Of a stretch of 64,000 nt of DNA, positions 10,307-17,846 are shown piece by piece (the stretch's first letter is position 1; each line of letters begins with the position of its first letter). The notes under the pieces were generated by a model. The model made no database searches and was not told the origin of the DNA. It was given only the letters and a program-made list of their open reading frames with translations. The translations under genes and the position numbers were made by a program. Origin of the DNA: Bacilli bacterium (GTDB lineage Bacteria > Bacillota_I > Bacilli_A > RF39 > UBA660); assembly GCA_016296185.1 (NCBI GenBank), contig JAEDJT010000002.1, forward strand, positions 4,226-68,225, given 5' to 3'.

Positions 10307-11185
10307 ATGGAAAGATTTGAAGAAACAAAAAAAGCTAGTTTATTTGGGGTTATTGGAAATATATTCTTATTTGTAATAAAGTTGATTATTAGTATTATTA
10401 CTCATAGTCAAGCCATGATTGCTGATACATGCAATAGTGGGTCAGATATATTTAATTCTTTTATGACTTATATTGGTAATAGAATAGCTAGTAAAGATGC
10501 TGATGATGATCATAATTTAGGTCATGGTAAAGCTGAATATTTATACTCAATGTTTATTAGTATTACTATGGTATTTTTAGGATTAAAAATAGTTTATGAT
10601 TCAGTAGTAGGAATATTTATTAAAGACAATTTTGTATTTAATTTTTGGTTAATAATTGTTTGTATTATTACTATTATAGTTAAATTCTTTTTATTCTTAT
10701 ATACTAATAAAGTTGCTAAAAAGTATGATAATTTATTAGTTAAAGCTAATAGTGATGATCATAGAAATGATTGCTTTTTAACATCATTAAATTTATTTTC
10801 TGCTGTTTTAAGTTATTTTGGAATTAAATATATAGATAGTATTGTTGGTATATTGATTTCTTTATGGATTATTCTATCTGGTGTTGAAATATTTATTAAA
10901 AGTTATGATGTATTAATGGATAAAACTATCAGTGTTAATATAAAGAATAAAGTATTAGATATTATCTTTGATCATAAAGAGGTATTAAAAGTTAATCATT
11001 TTAATGCAACACCAGTTGGTTATAGATATCAAATATCATTTACAATATTTGTTGATGGAGAATTAAGTACTTTTGAAAGTCATGGAATTGCAGATCATTT
11101 AGAAAAAGAAATTAAGGAAAAAATACCTGAAATTTATTTAACTGTAATACATGTTAATCCTGTTAATTTAAAAGTAGAAAAATAA
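10307..11185 (+). CDS. Cation diffusion facilitator (CDF) family metal efflux transporter
   Basis: 292 aa. Six TM helices with SQAMIADTCNSGSDI and DDHRNDC motifs plus a C-terminal cytoplasmic domain, as in CzcD/FieF proteins. Confidence 0.7.
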   Translation: MERFEETKKASLFGVIGNIFLFVIKLIISIITHSQAMIADTCNSGSDIFNSFMTYIGNRIASKDADDDHNLGHGKAEYLYSMFISITMVFLGLKIVYDSVVGIFIKDNFVFNFWLIIVCIITIIVKFFLFLYTNKVAKKYDNLLVKANSDDHRNDCFLTSLNLFSAVLSYFGIKYIDSIVGILISLWIILSGVEIFIKSYDVLMDKTISVNIKNKVLDIIFDHKEVLKVNHFNATPVGYRYQISFTIFVDGELSTFESHGIADHLEKEIKEKIPEIYLTVIHVNPVNLKVEK

Positions 11186-11243
11186 GTTAAAAATATAGTT
11201 TTTATATGTTATAATAATAGTGTATGGATAGGAGGAGTTTTAT

Positions 11244-12104
11244 ATGATAGTTAATATAGTTAAATGTCCTGATTGTAATAAAGAAATTGAAGTAGAAACT
11301 AAATATAAAAAAGCTATATGCACTCATTGTGGATCCTCTTTTAATGTTAATGATGCTATTAAAAAAACAACATTAGCAAACGTTGAAGAAAAATTTGAAT
11401 TAAATAGCTTAGATGAAAAAACTGTTTTAGATAAATTAAATAAATTAATTGATGAAGAAAAATATGAAGAAGTTTTAAAACAAATTGATAAATTAGATTT
11501 AAATAGTGTTAATTTTAAAGTTATATATTTAAGAGCTAAGTTGTGTTTGTTTAATAAAAATGATTTAACTAAATTAGATACTAGTGATGATTCTACTGAT
11601 GTCGAATTCTGGGATCAAGCTAGAGATATTATAAAATATTATAATGATGAAAAAGATATTTCTAAATTATTAAGTTCTACAGATTCAAATAGTATAAAGA
11701 ATATATCTGAGTCATATAAACAAATGCTAATTGATAAAGAATTATGTGAAAGAATTGCAAATAAAATAAATGATTATTTTGAAAAATTAGATGAAACTCC
11801 TAAACATAAAAAGAAAATAGCGGTTATTAATTCTACTGAATTCTTTAAAAGAGTTTTAGGAATAAATATGACTAAATTCTATAATGTTAATAGAGATATG
11901 ACTATTAATTATAAGCATGCTGGTGATGATAAACATGTTTATTCGAGATTATCTAGTTTTAAAAATTTAAATGAAGTTTATGATTCTTTAGTTGAAAATT
12001 ATGATAATTATATTAAAAGTATTACAGATTATACTAAATATAATTTATTTATTGGTATAGTTATAGTTATTTTAATAATTATTATTGCTATGGTTATATT
12101 TTAA
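11244..12104 (+). CDS. Hypothetical tail-anchored protein with N-terminal zinc ribbon
   Basis: CPDCNKEI...CTHCGSSF at the N-terminus, a long helical middle and a single C-terminal TM (LFIGIVIVILIIIIAMVIF). Its stop overlaps the next start (TAATG). Confidence 0.45.
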   Translation: MIVNIVKCPDCNKEIEVETKYKKAICTHCGSSFNVNDAIKKTTLANVEEKFELNSLDEKTVLDKLNKLIDEEKYEEVLKQIDKLDLNSVNFKVIYLRAKLCLFNKNDLTKLDTSDDSTDVEFWDQARDIIKYYNDEKDISKLLSSTDSNSIKNISESYKQMLIDKELCERIANKINDYFEKLDETPKHKKKIAVINSTEFFKRVLGINMTKFYNVNRDMTINYKHAGDDKHVYSRLSSFKNLNEVYDSLVENYDNYIKSITDYTKYNLFIGIVIVILIIIIAMVIF

Positions 12105-12469
12105 TGAATGCTAATGGTAAAAGATTAATAGATGCTAAATTGAATAGTTTAAGTAAATCTACTTTTAGAACTAGTTTTAAATTGAAACAAAAAGAAAGAG
12201 ATTATATAGATAAAAATGGTTTGGATAAGATTAGAGAACATGCTTATTCATTTATTGAAAGTAAATTAGGAGATGCTTATCCTGTCAATGATGGAAGCCA
12301 AACTCCTACAAAGAATCATCCTGTTTTTATTGCACAACATGCAACTGCTAGTTGTTGTAGAGGGTGTCTTCAAAAGTGGCATCATATAAATATGGGTAAG
12401 GAATTAACTCGCAATGAAATTAATTATATTGTTGAGTTAATAATGGAATGGATAAAAAGAGAATATTAA
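12104..12469 (+). CDS. DUF4186 domain protein
   Basis: HPVFIAQHATASCCRGCLQKWH matches my recollection of the conserved DUF4186 core. Translationally coupled to the upstream gene. Confidence 0.6.
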   Translation: MNANGKRLIDAKLNSLSKSTFRTSFKLKQKERDYIDKNGLDKIREHAYSFIESKLGDAYPVNDGSQTPTKNHPVFIAQHATASCCRGCLQKWHHINMGKELTRNEINYIVELIMEWIKREY

Positions 12470-12485
12470 GAAAAGTTGGTGTAGT

Positions 12486-13553
12486 ATGGCTAATATTTAT
12501 GATTATTTAGATAAATATGGAGATATATTATTTAGTGATAAAAAGTTTAATGAGATTGATGCTTGTATTTTATCTTGTATGTCTTATTTAGAATTAGATG
12601 GTATTGTTTCTAGTGGTAGAGAATATACAACTTTATTCTGGGCAATGAAAGAATTCTGTACTGATGAAAAGAGAAGAGAATATAATACTAGAGGTATTCC
12701 TCAAAAAGATATGTTCTATTTAGCTAAAGTATTAATGAATAAAAAAAGATATCAAAATATTCTTTTATATAATTATGTATATAAGGTTACTTTTGATGAA
12801 CAATTTGGCGCTTTAACTATGAAGTTAGATGATGGTACTACATTTGTTAGTTTTGAAGGAACTGATAATAATATAGTTGGTTGGGAAGAAGATACTAAAT
12901 TGTGTTATTCTTATCCTGTTCCTTGTCAAATTGACGCTATTAAATATTTAGATAAAGCTATTACTATATTTGAAAAGAATGTAATTGTTGGTGGACATTC
13001 TAAGGGTGGCCATTTAGCTTTAATTGCATCTATGAATGCTAATTTCTTTGATAGAGATAAAATAAAAAAAATATATAGTTTTGATGGACCTGGTTTAAGA
13101 AAACAAAATATTAATTCTTTAAAATATAAAAAAGTTGAAAAAAAATTAAATTTAATAATGCCCAATTATTCTATAGTTGGTTTATTATTACGTCATACTG
13201 ATGATTTTACTGTTGTTAAATCTAATAAAAAAGGTATTAATGCTCATAATCCATTTAATTGGGAAGTTAAAGATGATGAATTTGTTAGAACTGAATTGAG
13301 CAGTTTAAGTAAAAAGATTGATAATAGTTTAACTATTTGGTTAGATGATCATGATGATAAACACAGAAAACAAATGTGCACAGCTATCTTTGATATATTT
13401 AGAGAATTAGAAATATATAAAACTAGAGATTTGTTATCTGTTAAAAATTTATTTTCTATTATAAAAAAATCTAGAAAGCTAGATGATGAAACTAAAGATA
13501 TTTTATTAGATTTTATTAAATCTAATGTTAGTAGAATAAGAGAAAAAGAATAA
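12486..13553 (+). CDS. DUF2974 (Mbeg1-like) alpha/beta-hydrolase, lipase-like
   Basis: 355 aa. N-terminal IYDYL...FNEIDACILSCMSYL and nucleophile-elbow GGHSKGGHLA. Confidence 0.65.
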   Translation: MANIYDYLDKYGDILFSDKKFNEIDACILSCMSYLELDGIVSSGREYTTLFWAMKEFCTDEKRREYNTRGIPQKDMFYLAKVLMNKKRYQNILLYNYVYKVTFDEQFGALTMKLDDGTTFVSFEGTDNNIVGWEEDTKLCYSYPVPCQIDAIKYLDKAITIFEKNVIVGGHSKGGHLALIASMNANFFDRDKIKKIYSFDGPGLRKQNINSLKYKKVEKKLNLIMPNYSIVGLLLRHTDDFTVVKSNKKGINAHNPFNWEVKDDEFVRTELSSLSKKIDNSLTIWLDDHDDKHRKQMCTAIFDIFRELEIYKTRDLLSVKNLFSIIKKSRKLDDETKDILLDFIKSNVSRIREKE

Positions 13554-13570
13554 ATAGTGGAGGTTTTGGT

Positions 13571-13879
13571 ATGGACTTAAAAGATACATATAGATATTTA
13601 ATTGGTGCATATTTCGGTATTAGAGAAATGGATGAATATTCTTCTAAAGAATATGTATTAAAAGATATTGAAGATTATATTAAAGATTTCTTGTCTGTAA
13701 ATGAAATTGATTTTGATATAGAAAAGGAAAAAGATGATGTTTTAGATAATGTATCTTTAAAGACTAAACTACAAGATGCTTTAATTGTTTTACCAAAAGT
13801 TAATGCCACTTTAGAATTGACTTTATTAGTTAAAGCAAGATTAAAAAGAATTAGAGAAGAAGAATTGGAGGAAATGTAA
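13571..13879 (+). CDS. Hypothetical acidic protein (102 aa)
   Basis: ORF with GGAGG RBS and no recognisable motif. Its stop overlaps the start of the next ORF (TAATG). Confidence 0.4.
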   Translation: MDLKDTYRYLIGAYFGIREMDEYSSKEYVLKDIEDYIKDFLSVNEIDFDIEKEKDDVLDNVSLKTKLQDALIVLPKVNATLELTLLVKARLKRIREEELEEM

Positions 13880-15456
13880 TGGGAAGAGTTGATCCACAAA
13901 AACATGAAGAATTCTTAGCTATGATGAGGGATTATAATATTATTAATCCAATGATTCCTTTTAAAGATTCTTTTTATTTATCTTCTAATATTAATAATAT
14001 GGTTAATATTTATGAACCAAGTAAAGATATATGGATGATTAATTCTAAAGTTGATAATAAAGGTTGTTCTTTATATCAAAAAGTAGTAGATAAATATTTT
14101 TATAGAGGGATTAATCCTGAACTATTTACTGGAAATGTTTTAAAAGTAATGTGCCCTTGTTTAGAATCTGTTCCTAGTGCAGATGGATCTAATAGAGCTT
14201 TAAAATATGCTTATAATTTTTCTTTAATGGCTTTATTAAGTCAAAAGAGTGCTTTTGTTGATAAAGAAAAAATGTTTGATGGAGTTTTACAATTAGATGA
14301 ATTAGCTTTAGCAGATAAAGTTAAAAAAGAAATTGTTGAACTTCGTAATATGCATGGAGATGTTTTAAATAATGGTGTTAATTCTCCTCATTATGATGCT
14401 ATTAATACTAGATTTAAACAAGCTGGTTTAATGATGAATAATAGTTTATTACAAAAGAATAAAGATATGTTTAGTAATATAGTGACTATTATTAGAAATA
14501 TTAAAATAAATATAACTGAAAATAATTTGATACCTGAAAAAGAATTTATGGATTGTTTCGATATTGATAAGTTCTATTTGATATATTGTAAATGTGTAGT
14601 TGATTTTGTTAACTATTTTGATCAAATGAGTAAAAATGCTGATGGTAAAGGTTATGTACATAATTGTTTTGCGTGTTTAGGTCAATATTTATATTTAATA
14701 GATGAATGTTTTAAAGATACTGATTATAATCCTATGATTAAGTATTTTGATTATAAAGAAAATAAATTCAAATTCTATACTATTAGAGATTTAAGAAAAG
14801 AATATGAAAAGATTGAAAGAGAACATAAGGATAATCTTCAAAGAGTGGAATTTAGTGCTGAACAAGCTAAAAAGATGGGGGTAGTTCATAATATTGATGG
14901 TATAACTAATTTACTTAAGGTTACTAGTGAAAAAGATGCTGATATTATTAAAACTGGTTGGGATATTTTAGCTCCTGGTGAAACTGGTTCAAAAGTATCT
15001 AGCAAGAGTAGTGGAACAGTTGGTTCAAAAGCTCCTGCTAAAGTAGTTGAAACTGAAGATATTATTTTTAGAAAAATGGTTTTTGAAAGAACTAATTATG
15101 CTGCTAAAATTGTAGGTAAAGATAGATTTGCTGGCTATATAGGATATATGTATTACAATGGAATTGTTGTGTTTGAAAAATTCTATGATGATGATAAATG
15201 TACTAAACCTGCTCAATCCAATGCAACATATGTTATGAAGATTGATAATTTTACTAAATTTGCTAAAATGAGTAAATCTGAAATAATTGAGTTTATTAAA
15301 AATACTCAAACTGATGAAATTGATAGATTGTATCATAGTAAGAATTGGGAAAATAGATTACCTCGTGTTGTAAGTGGAGTTGAATATAGTCAAGAAGCTC
15401 AAATGATTATTGATACATTAATTGAATCTAATAAAAAGAATAATAAAACATTATAA
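13879..15456 (+). CDS. Hypothetical protein (525 aa), two domains joined by a Ser/Gly/Lys-rich linker
   Basis: Long uninterrupted ORF. Linker APGETGSKVSSKSSGTVGSKAPAK lies at about aa 365-390. The C-terminal module is FAGYIGYMYYNGIVVFEKF...ATYVM...LYHSKNWENRL. No family recognised. Confidence 0.45.
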   Translation: MGRVDPQKHEEFLAMMRDYNIINPMIPFKDSFYLSSNINNMVNIYEPSKDIWMINSKVDNKGCSLYQKVVDKYFYRGINPELFTGNVLKVMCPCLESVPSADGSNRALKYAYNFSLMALLSQKSAFVDKEKMFDGVLQLDELALADKVKKEIVELRNMHGDVLNNGVNSPHYDAINTRFKQAGLMMNNSLLQKNKDMFSNIVTIIRNIKINITENNLIPEKEFMDCFDIDKFYLIYCKCVVDFVNYFDQMSKNADGKGYVHNCFACLGQYLYLIDECFKDTDYNPMIKYFDYKENKFKFYTIRDLRKEYEKIEREHKDNLQRVEFSAEQAKKMGVVHNIDGITNLLKVTSEKDADIIKTGWDILAPGETGSKVSSKSSGTVGSKAPAKVVETEDIIFRKMVFERTNYAAKIVGKDRFAGYIGYMYYNGIVVFEKFYDDDKCTKPAQSNATYVMKIDNFTKFAKMSKSEIIEFIKNTQTDEIDRLYHSKNWENRLPRVVSGVEYSQEAQMIIDTLIESNKKNNKTL

Positions 15457-15470
15457 AAAGGGTTGATAAA

Positions 15471-15941
15471 ATGAATTCATGGCTTAGCTATTTGAAATAT
15501 AAGATATATGAAGATGTTAACACTGTTCTTCAATTGTTATTAATTGATAATAAAATACAAGGAACGAAGTATGATATTAATTATTTAGTTAATTTTATTA
15601 ATGAAAATTTAACTACTATGTCTTTTTTCTTTATTAATGATTCTAGTTTTTTAATAGAAGGAAATCCGTTATCTTTAATTAAGGTAATTAATGATAATTT
15701 AAATGATAATGGAGAGAGAGTAGTTGTACTTGAAAATAATGTAGCTATTAATAAGTGGATTATTAGTGTTTATGAAGACTATGTTAAAGAGTATGATGTC
15801 AAAGAAAAATTAAATATCGAGATTAGTAATCATTTTAATTTTGATAATTCTAAGAAGTTATTGATAATTGGATCAAGAGCTTTCATAAATGAAACTAAGG
15901 ATTCTATTAAGACTTCTTATGATACTTTAGTAGATGAATAA
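15471..15941 (+). CDS. Hypothetical protein (156 aa)
   Basis: ORF 14 nt downstream of the 525-aa gene with a GGGTTGA-type RBS. No recognisable motif. Confidence 0.4.
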   Translation: MNSWLSYLKYKIYEDVNTVLQLLLIDNKIQGTKYDINYLVNFINENLTTMSFFFINDSSFLIEGNPLSLIKVINDNLNDNGERVVVLENNVAINKWIISVYEDYVKEYDVKEKLNIEISNHFNFDNSKKLLIIGSRAFINETKDSIKTSYDTLVDE

Positions 15942-15969
15942 AAAAATAAAAAAAATTTTAAAAATACTA

Positions 15970-15998
15970 TTGACAAGTATAAATTTAAATAGTATACT
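15970..15998 (+). promoter_or_regulatory. Near-consensus sigma-A promoter: TTGACA, 17-nt spacer, TATACT
   Basis: TTGACA at 15970-15975, exact 17-nt spacer, TATACT at 15993-15998. An A-rich UP-like tract (15942-15965) precedes it. No protein gene follows. Confidence 0.6.
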
Positions 15999-16002
15999 AA
16001 GG

Positions 16003-16402
16003 TTACTTAATAGTAATGTAGCATACAGATGATGCAAATATTACATTATTAGTTAGCCCTGTGATATTGATGGTTTCTAATTATCATATCACATTAATAT
16101 TAATAAAGTATCTTAATCAATACTTATTAATGATCGGCTAACATAATAAGTAATGCATCTTTTAGTAAGCAGAATGATAATTAAACAATACTTAAAAGTA
16201 TCGTTAAATTACATTGACTTACATTTTATGATTAATTATTTTTTACTGTTATTGCTAACTTATCAGGCTGTTAAGTGTGTACGTACTCAAATGCCGAATT
16301 TTAAATTGATAAGTGCTTATAGATACTATCGTCAATAGTTGATATAAGTTTAATTAGCTCGGCGAAAAAATATATTGTTTTGACGGACAATATATTTTTT
16401 TT
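16003..16402 (+). ncRNA. Candidate large structured non-coding RNA (about 400 nt), class unknown
   Basis: Bounded by the promoter above and an intrinsic terminator, with no ORF that has an RBS. Nested helices found by hand include GTTAGCC (16052-58) with GGCTAAC (16136-42), enclosing hairpins 16061-16092 and 16099-16131. GCTAA (16254-58) with TTAGC (16354-58) encloses helices 16259-16313 and 16316-16348. Further hairpins lie at 16011-16051 and 16177-16211. Confidence 0.55.
16365..16402 (+). terminator. Intrinsic terminator of the candidate ncRNA
   Basis: Stem AAAAAATATATTGT (16365-16378) pairs with ACAATATATTTTTT (16387-16400), 8-nt loop, T-run to 16402. Confidence 0.7.
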
Positions 16403-16422
16403 GTCTTAAAAATGGATAATAT

Positions 16423-16454
16423 AAAAAGACTAGTTTATTTACTAGTCTTTTTTT
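16423..16454. terminator. Bidirectional hairpin terminator (ends the minus-strand symporter gene; second stop for + strand transcription)
   Basis: GACTAGT (16428-16434) pairs with ACTAGTC (16441-16447). It is flanked by an A-run (16423-27) and a T-run (16448-54) and overlaps the symporter stop codon. Confidence 0.65.
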
Positions 16455-17719
16455 GTTATTTTGTTTTTAACTTTATCGATAATTGTTTCTTTTTTATTCA
16501 TCCAGTCTTTTCCGTCTACAATTCTTGATGTAATCATTGAAGATGCTGTATCACCAGTTACATTTAATAATGTTGCTGCTGGATCAATTATTGTTGCAAT
16601 AATAGTTAAAATAGGTAATGCTGTCATTGGGAAACCCATCATTGTTAATATCATTGTTTCAGATATTGTACCACCACCAACTGGTACAGCTGTAATTAAT
16701 AGAGTAGCTATTAAGGATACTGCTAATACTTTACCAATAGATGGGGTAGTTCCGAATAAGTATACTAAGAACATTATTTTAAATACACTTCCGATTACTG
16801 ATCCATCTTTATGGAATGAAGTTCCTAGTGGAATCATTGTTTCGGCTACATCGTCTGAAACTCCAATTTTTTTAGCACATTTTACATTTACTGGTATAGA
16901 TGCTGCTGATGAACATGTTGAAATAGATGTTGCTGCAGCAGGTAATATATTTGACCAGAATGCTTTTAATCCTTTTTTACCACCAGCTATAAATGCATAT
17001 AATGAATATATTATAAAGAAATAAGCTATTGCTATTACTGTATAATATACAAATGTTTTTAAATATCCAACTGCTATTTCGCTACCGAATGTTCCTACTA
17101 ATGAAGCAAAGTAGCAACCTAATCCAATTGGTGCATATAACATTATTATATCTATAAATTTAAATACAACTTTATTTGCTGCTTCTAATACGTTTAATAG
17201 TGGTTTTCCGTCTTCTCCTGATTTACTTAAAGCGATTCCGAATAGAATAGAGAATACTACTATTGCTAGGATTGAATCTCTTGTAAGTAATAGTGAAAAA
17301 TCTGATACACTAATTGCTTGAATTGTTCTTTCTATAATATTTAATTCAACTGATTCAGCTTCAGTTCCTGCATCTAATACTTCTAGTATTGTAGATGAAT
17401 CTTTTGGATTAATTAACTTAAATGAATAAGTTGATACTAATCCGATTACTGCTGCAATTAATGATACTACTACAAAAGTACCGATAATTGATATCAATAG
17501 TTTTCCTAATCTTTTAGGTTGTTTTATTTTTGCTATTGATGTTGTGATTGTTAAGAATATTAATGGAACTATTATTACAAATAATAAGTTCATAAATAAT
17601 TCTCCGAATGGTGCTAGATAACTAGCTTTTTCTCCCCATATTATTCCTACGACAGCACCTATTATTAGACCTATTACTAATAATATTGTTTGTTTGTAAT
17701 TTGACCATATTTTTTTCAT
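16442..17719 (-). CDS. Dicarboxylate/amino acid:cation symporter (DAACS family)
   Basis: 425 aa polytopic protein. SSAASIPV, GTSFHKDGS and DPAATLLNVTGD motifs are typical of GltP/SstT-type sodium:dicarboxylate symporters. Confidence 0.85.
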   Translation of the reverse strand: MKKIWSNYKQTILLVIGLIIGAVVGIIWGEKASYLAPFGELFMNLLFVIIVPLIFLTITTSIAKIKQPKRLGKLLISIIGTFVVVSLIAAVIGLVSTYSFKLINPKDSSTILEVLDAGTEAESVELNIIERTIQAISVSDFSLLLTRDSILAIVVFSILFGIALSKSGEDGKPLLNVLEAANKVVFKFIDIIMLYAPIGLGCYFASLVGTFGSEIAVGYLKTFVYYTVIAIAYFFIIYSLYAFIAGGKKGLKAFWSNILPAAATSISTCSSAASIPVNVKCAKKIGVSDDVAETMIPLGTSFHKDGSVIGSVFKIMFLVYLFGTTPSIGKVLAVSLIATLLITAVPVGGGTISETMILTMMGFPMTALPILTIIATIIDPAATLLNVTGDTASSMITSRIVDGKDWMNKKETIIDKVKNKITKKD

Positions 17720-17846
17720 AGTCTTTCCTCCTCTTAATATAATGATATTCTTTGTCTCTTAATAATAAAAGTTATTATATTCCACACTATATTAGTTAAG
17801 TTTAACAAAAATCCACAAATGTGTTATTATTTAGTTGGTGATATAT

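Noticed and set aside
16153-16338. 61-aa ORF from the track, inside the 16.0-16.4 kb gap
   Set aside because: There is no Shine-Dalgarno sequence upstream and the composition is odd (Leu/Ile/Tyr/Asn-rich, as expected from random AT-rich DNA). It also spans several predicted RNA helices. I treat it as non-coding.
15960-16405. The structured RNA as a known housekeeping or regulatory RNA (RNase P, tmRNA, SRP/scRNA, 6S, T-box, riboswitch)
   Set aside because: I could not find GAGGAAAGUCC or ACAGAA-type RNase P cores. There is no GGGG 5' end, CCA 3' end or tag reading frame for tmRNA, and no SRP domain IV motif. There is no GGUGGUACCGCG. No downstream + strand gene exists for a cis-regulator to control. 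At about 400 nt it is too long for a typical 6S RNA. This is by-eye only, and a covariance-model scan is still required.
16461-17024. 187-aa + strand ORF
   Set aside because: It is entirely antisense to the well-supported DAACS symporter gene. It is a low-complexity translation with no RBS.
17720-17846. Riboswitch or leader RNA in the divergent region between the symporter and the Sel1-repeat gene (also checked upstream of the ZIP gene at 9536-9594)
   Set aside because: The regions are short (about 60-125 nt) and hold only promoter-like and RBS sequences, with no extended conserved-looking helices.
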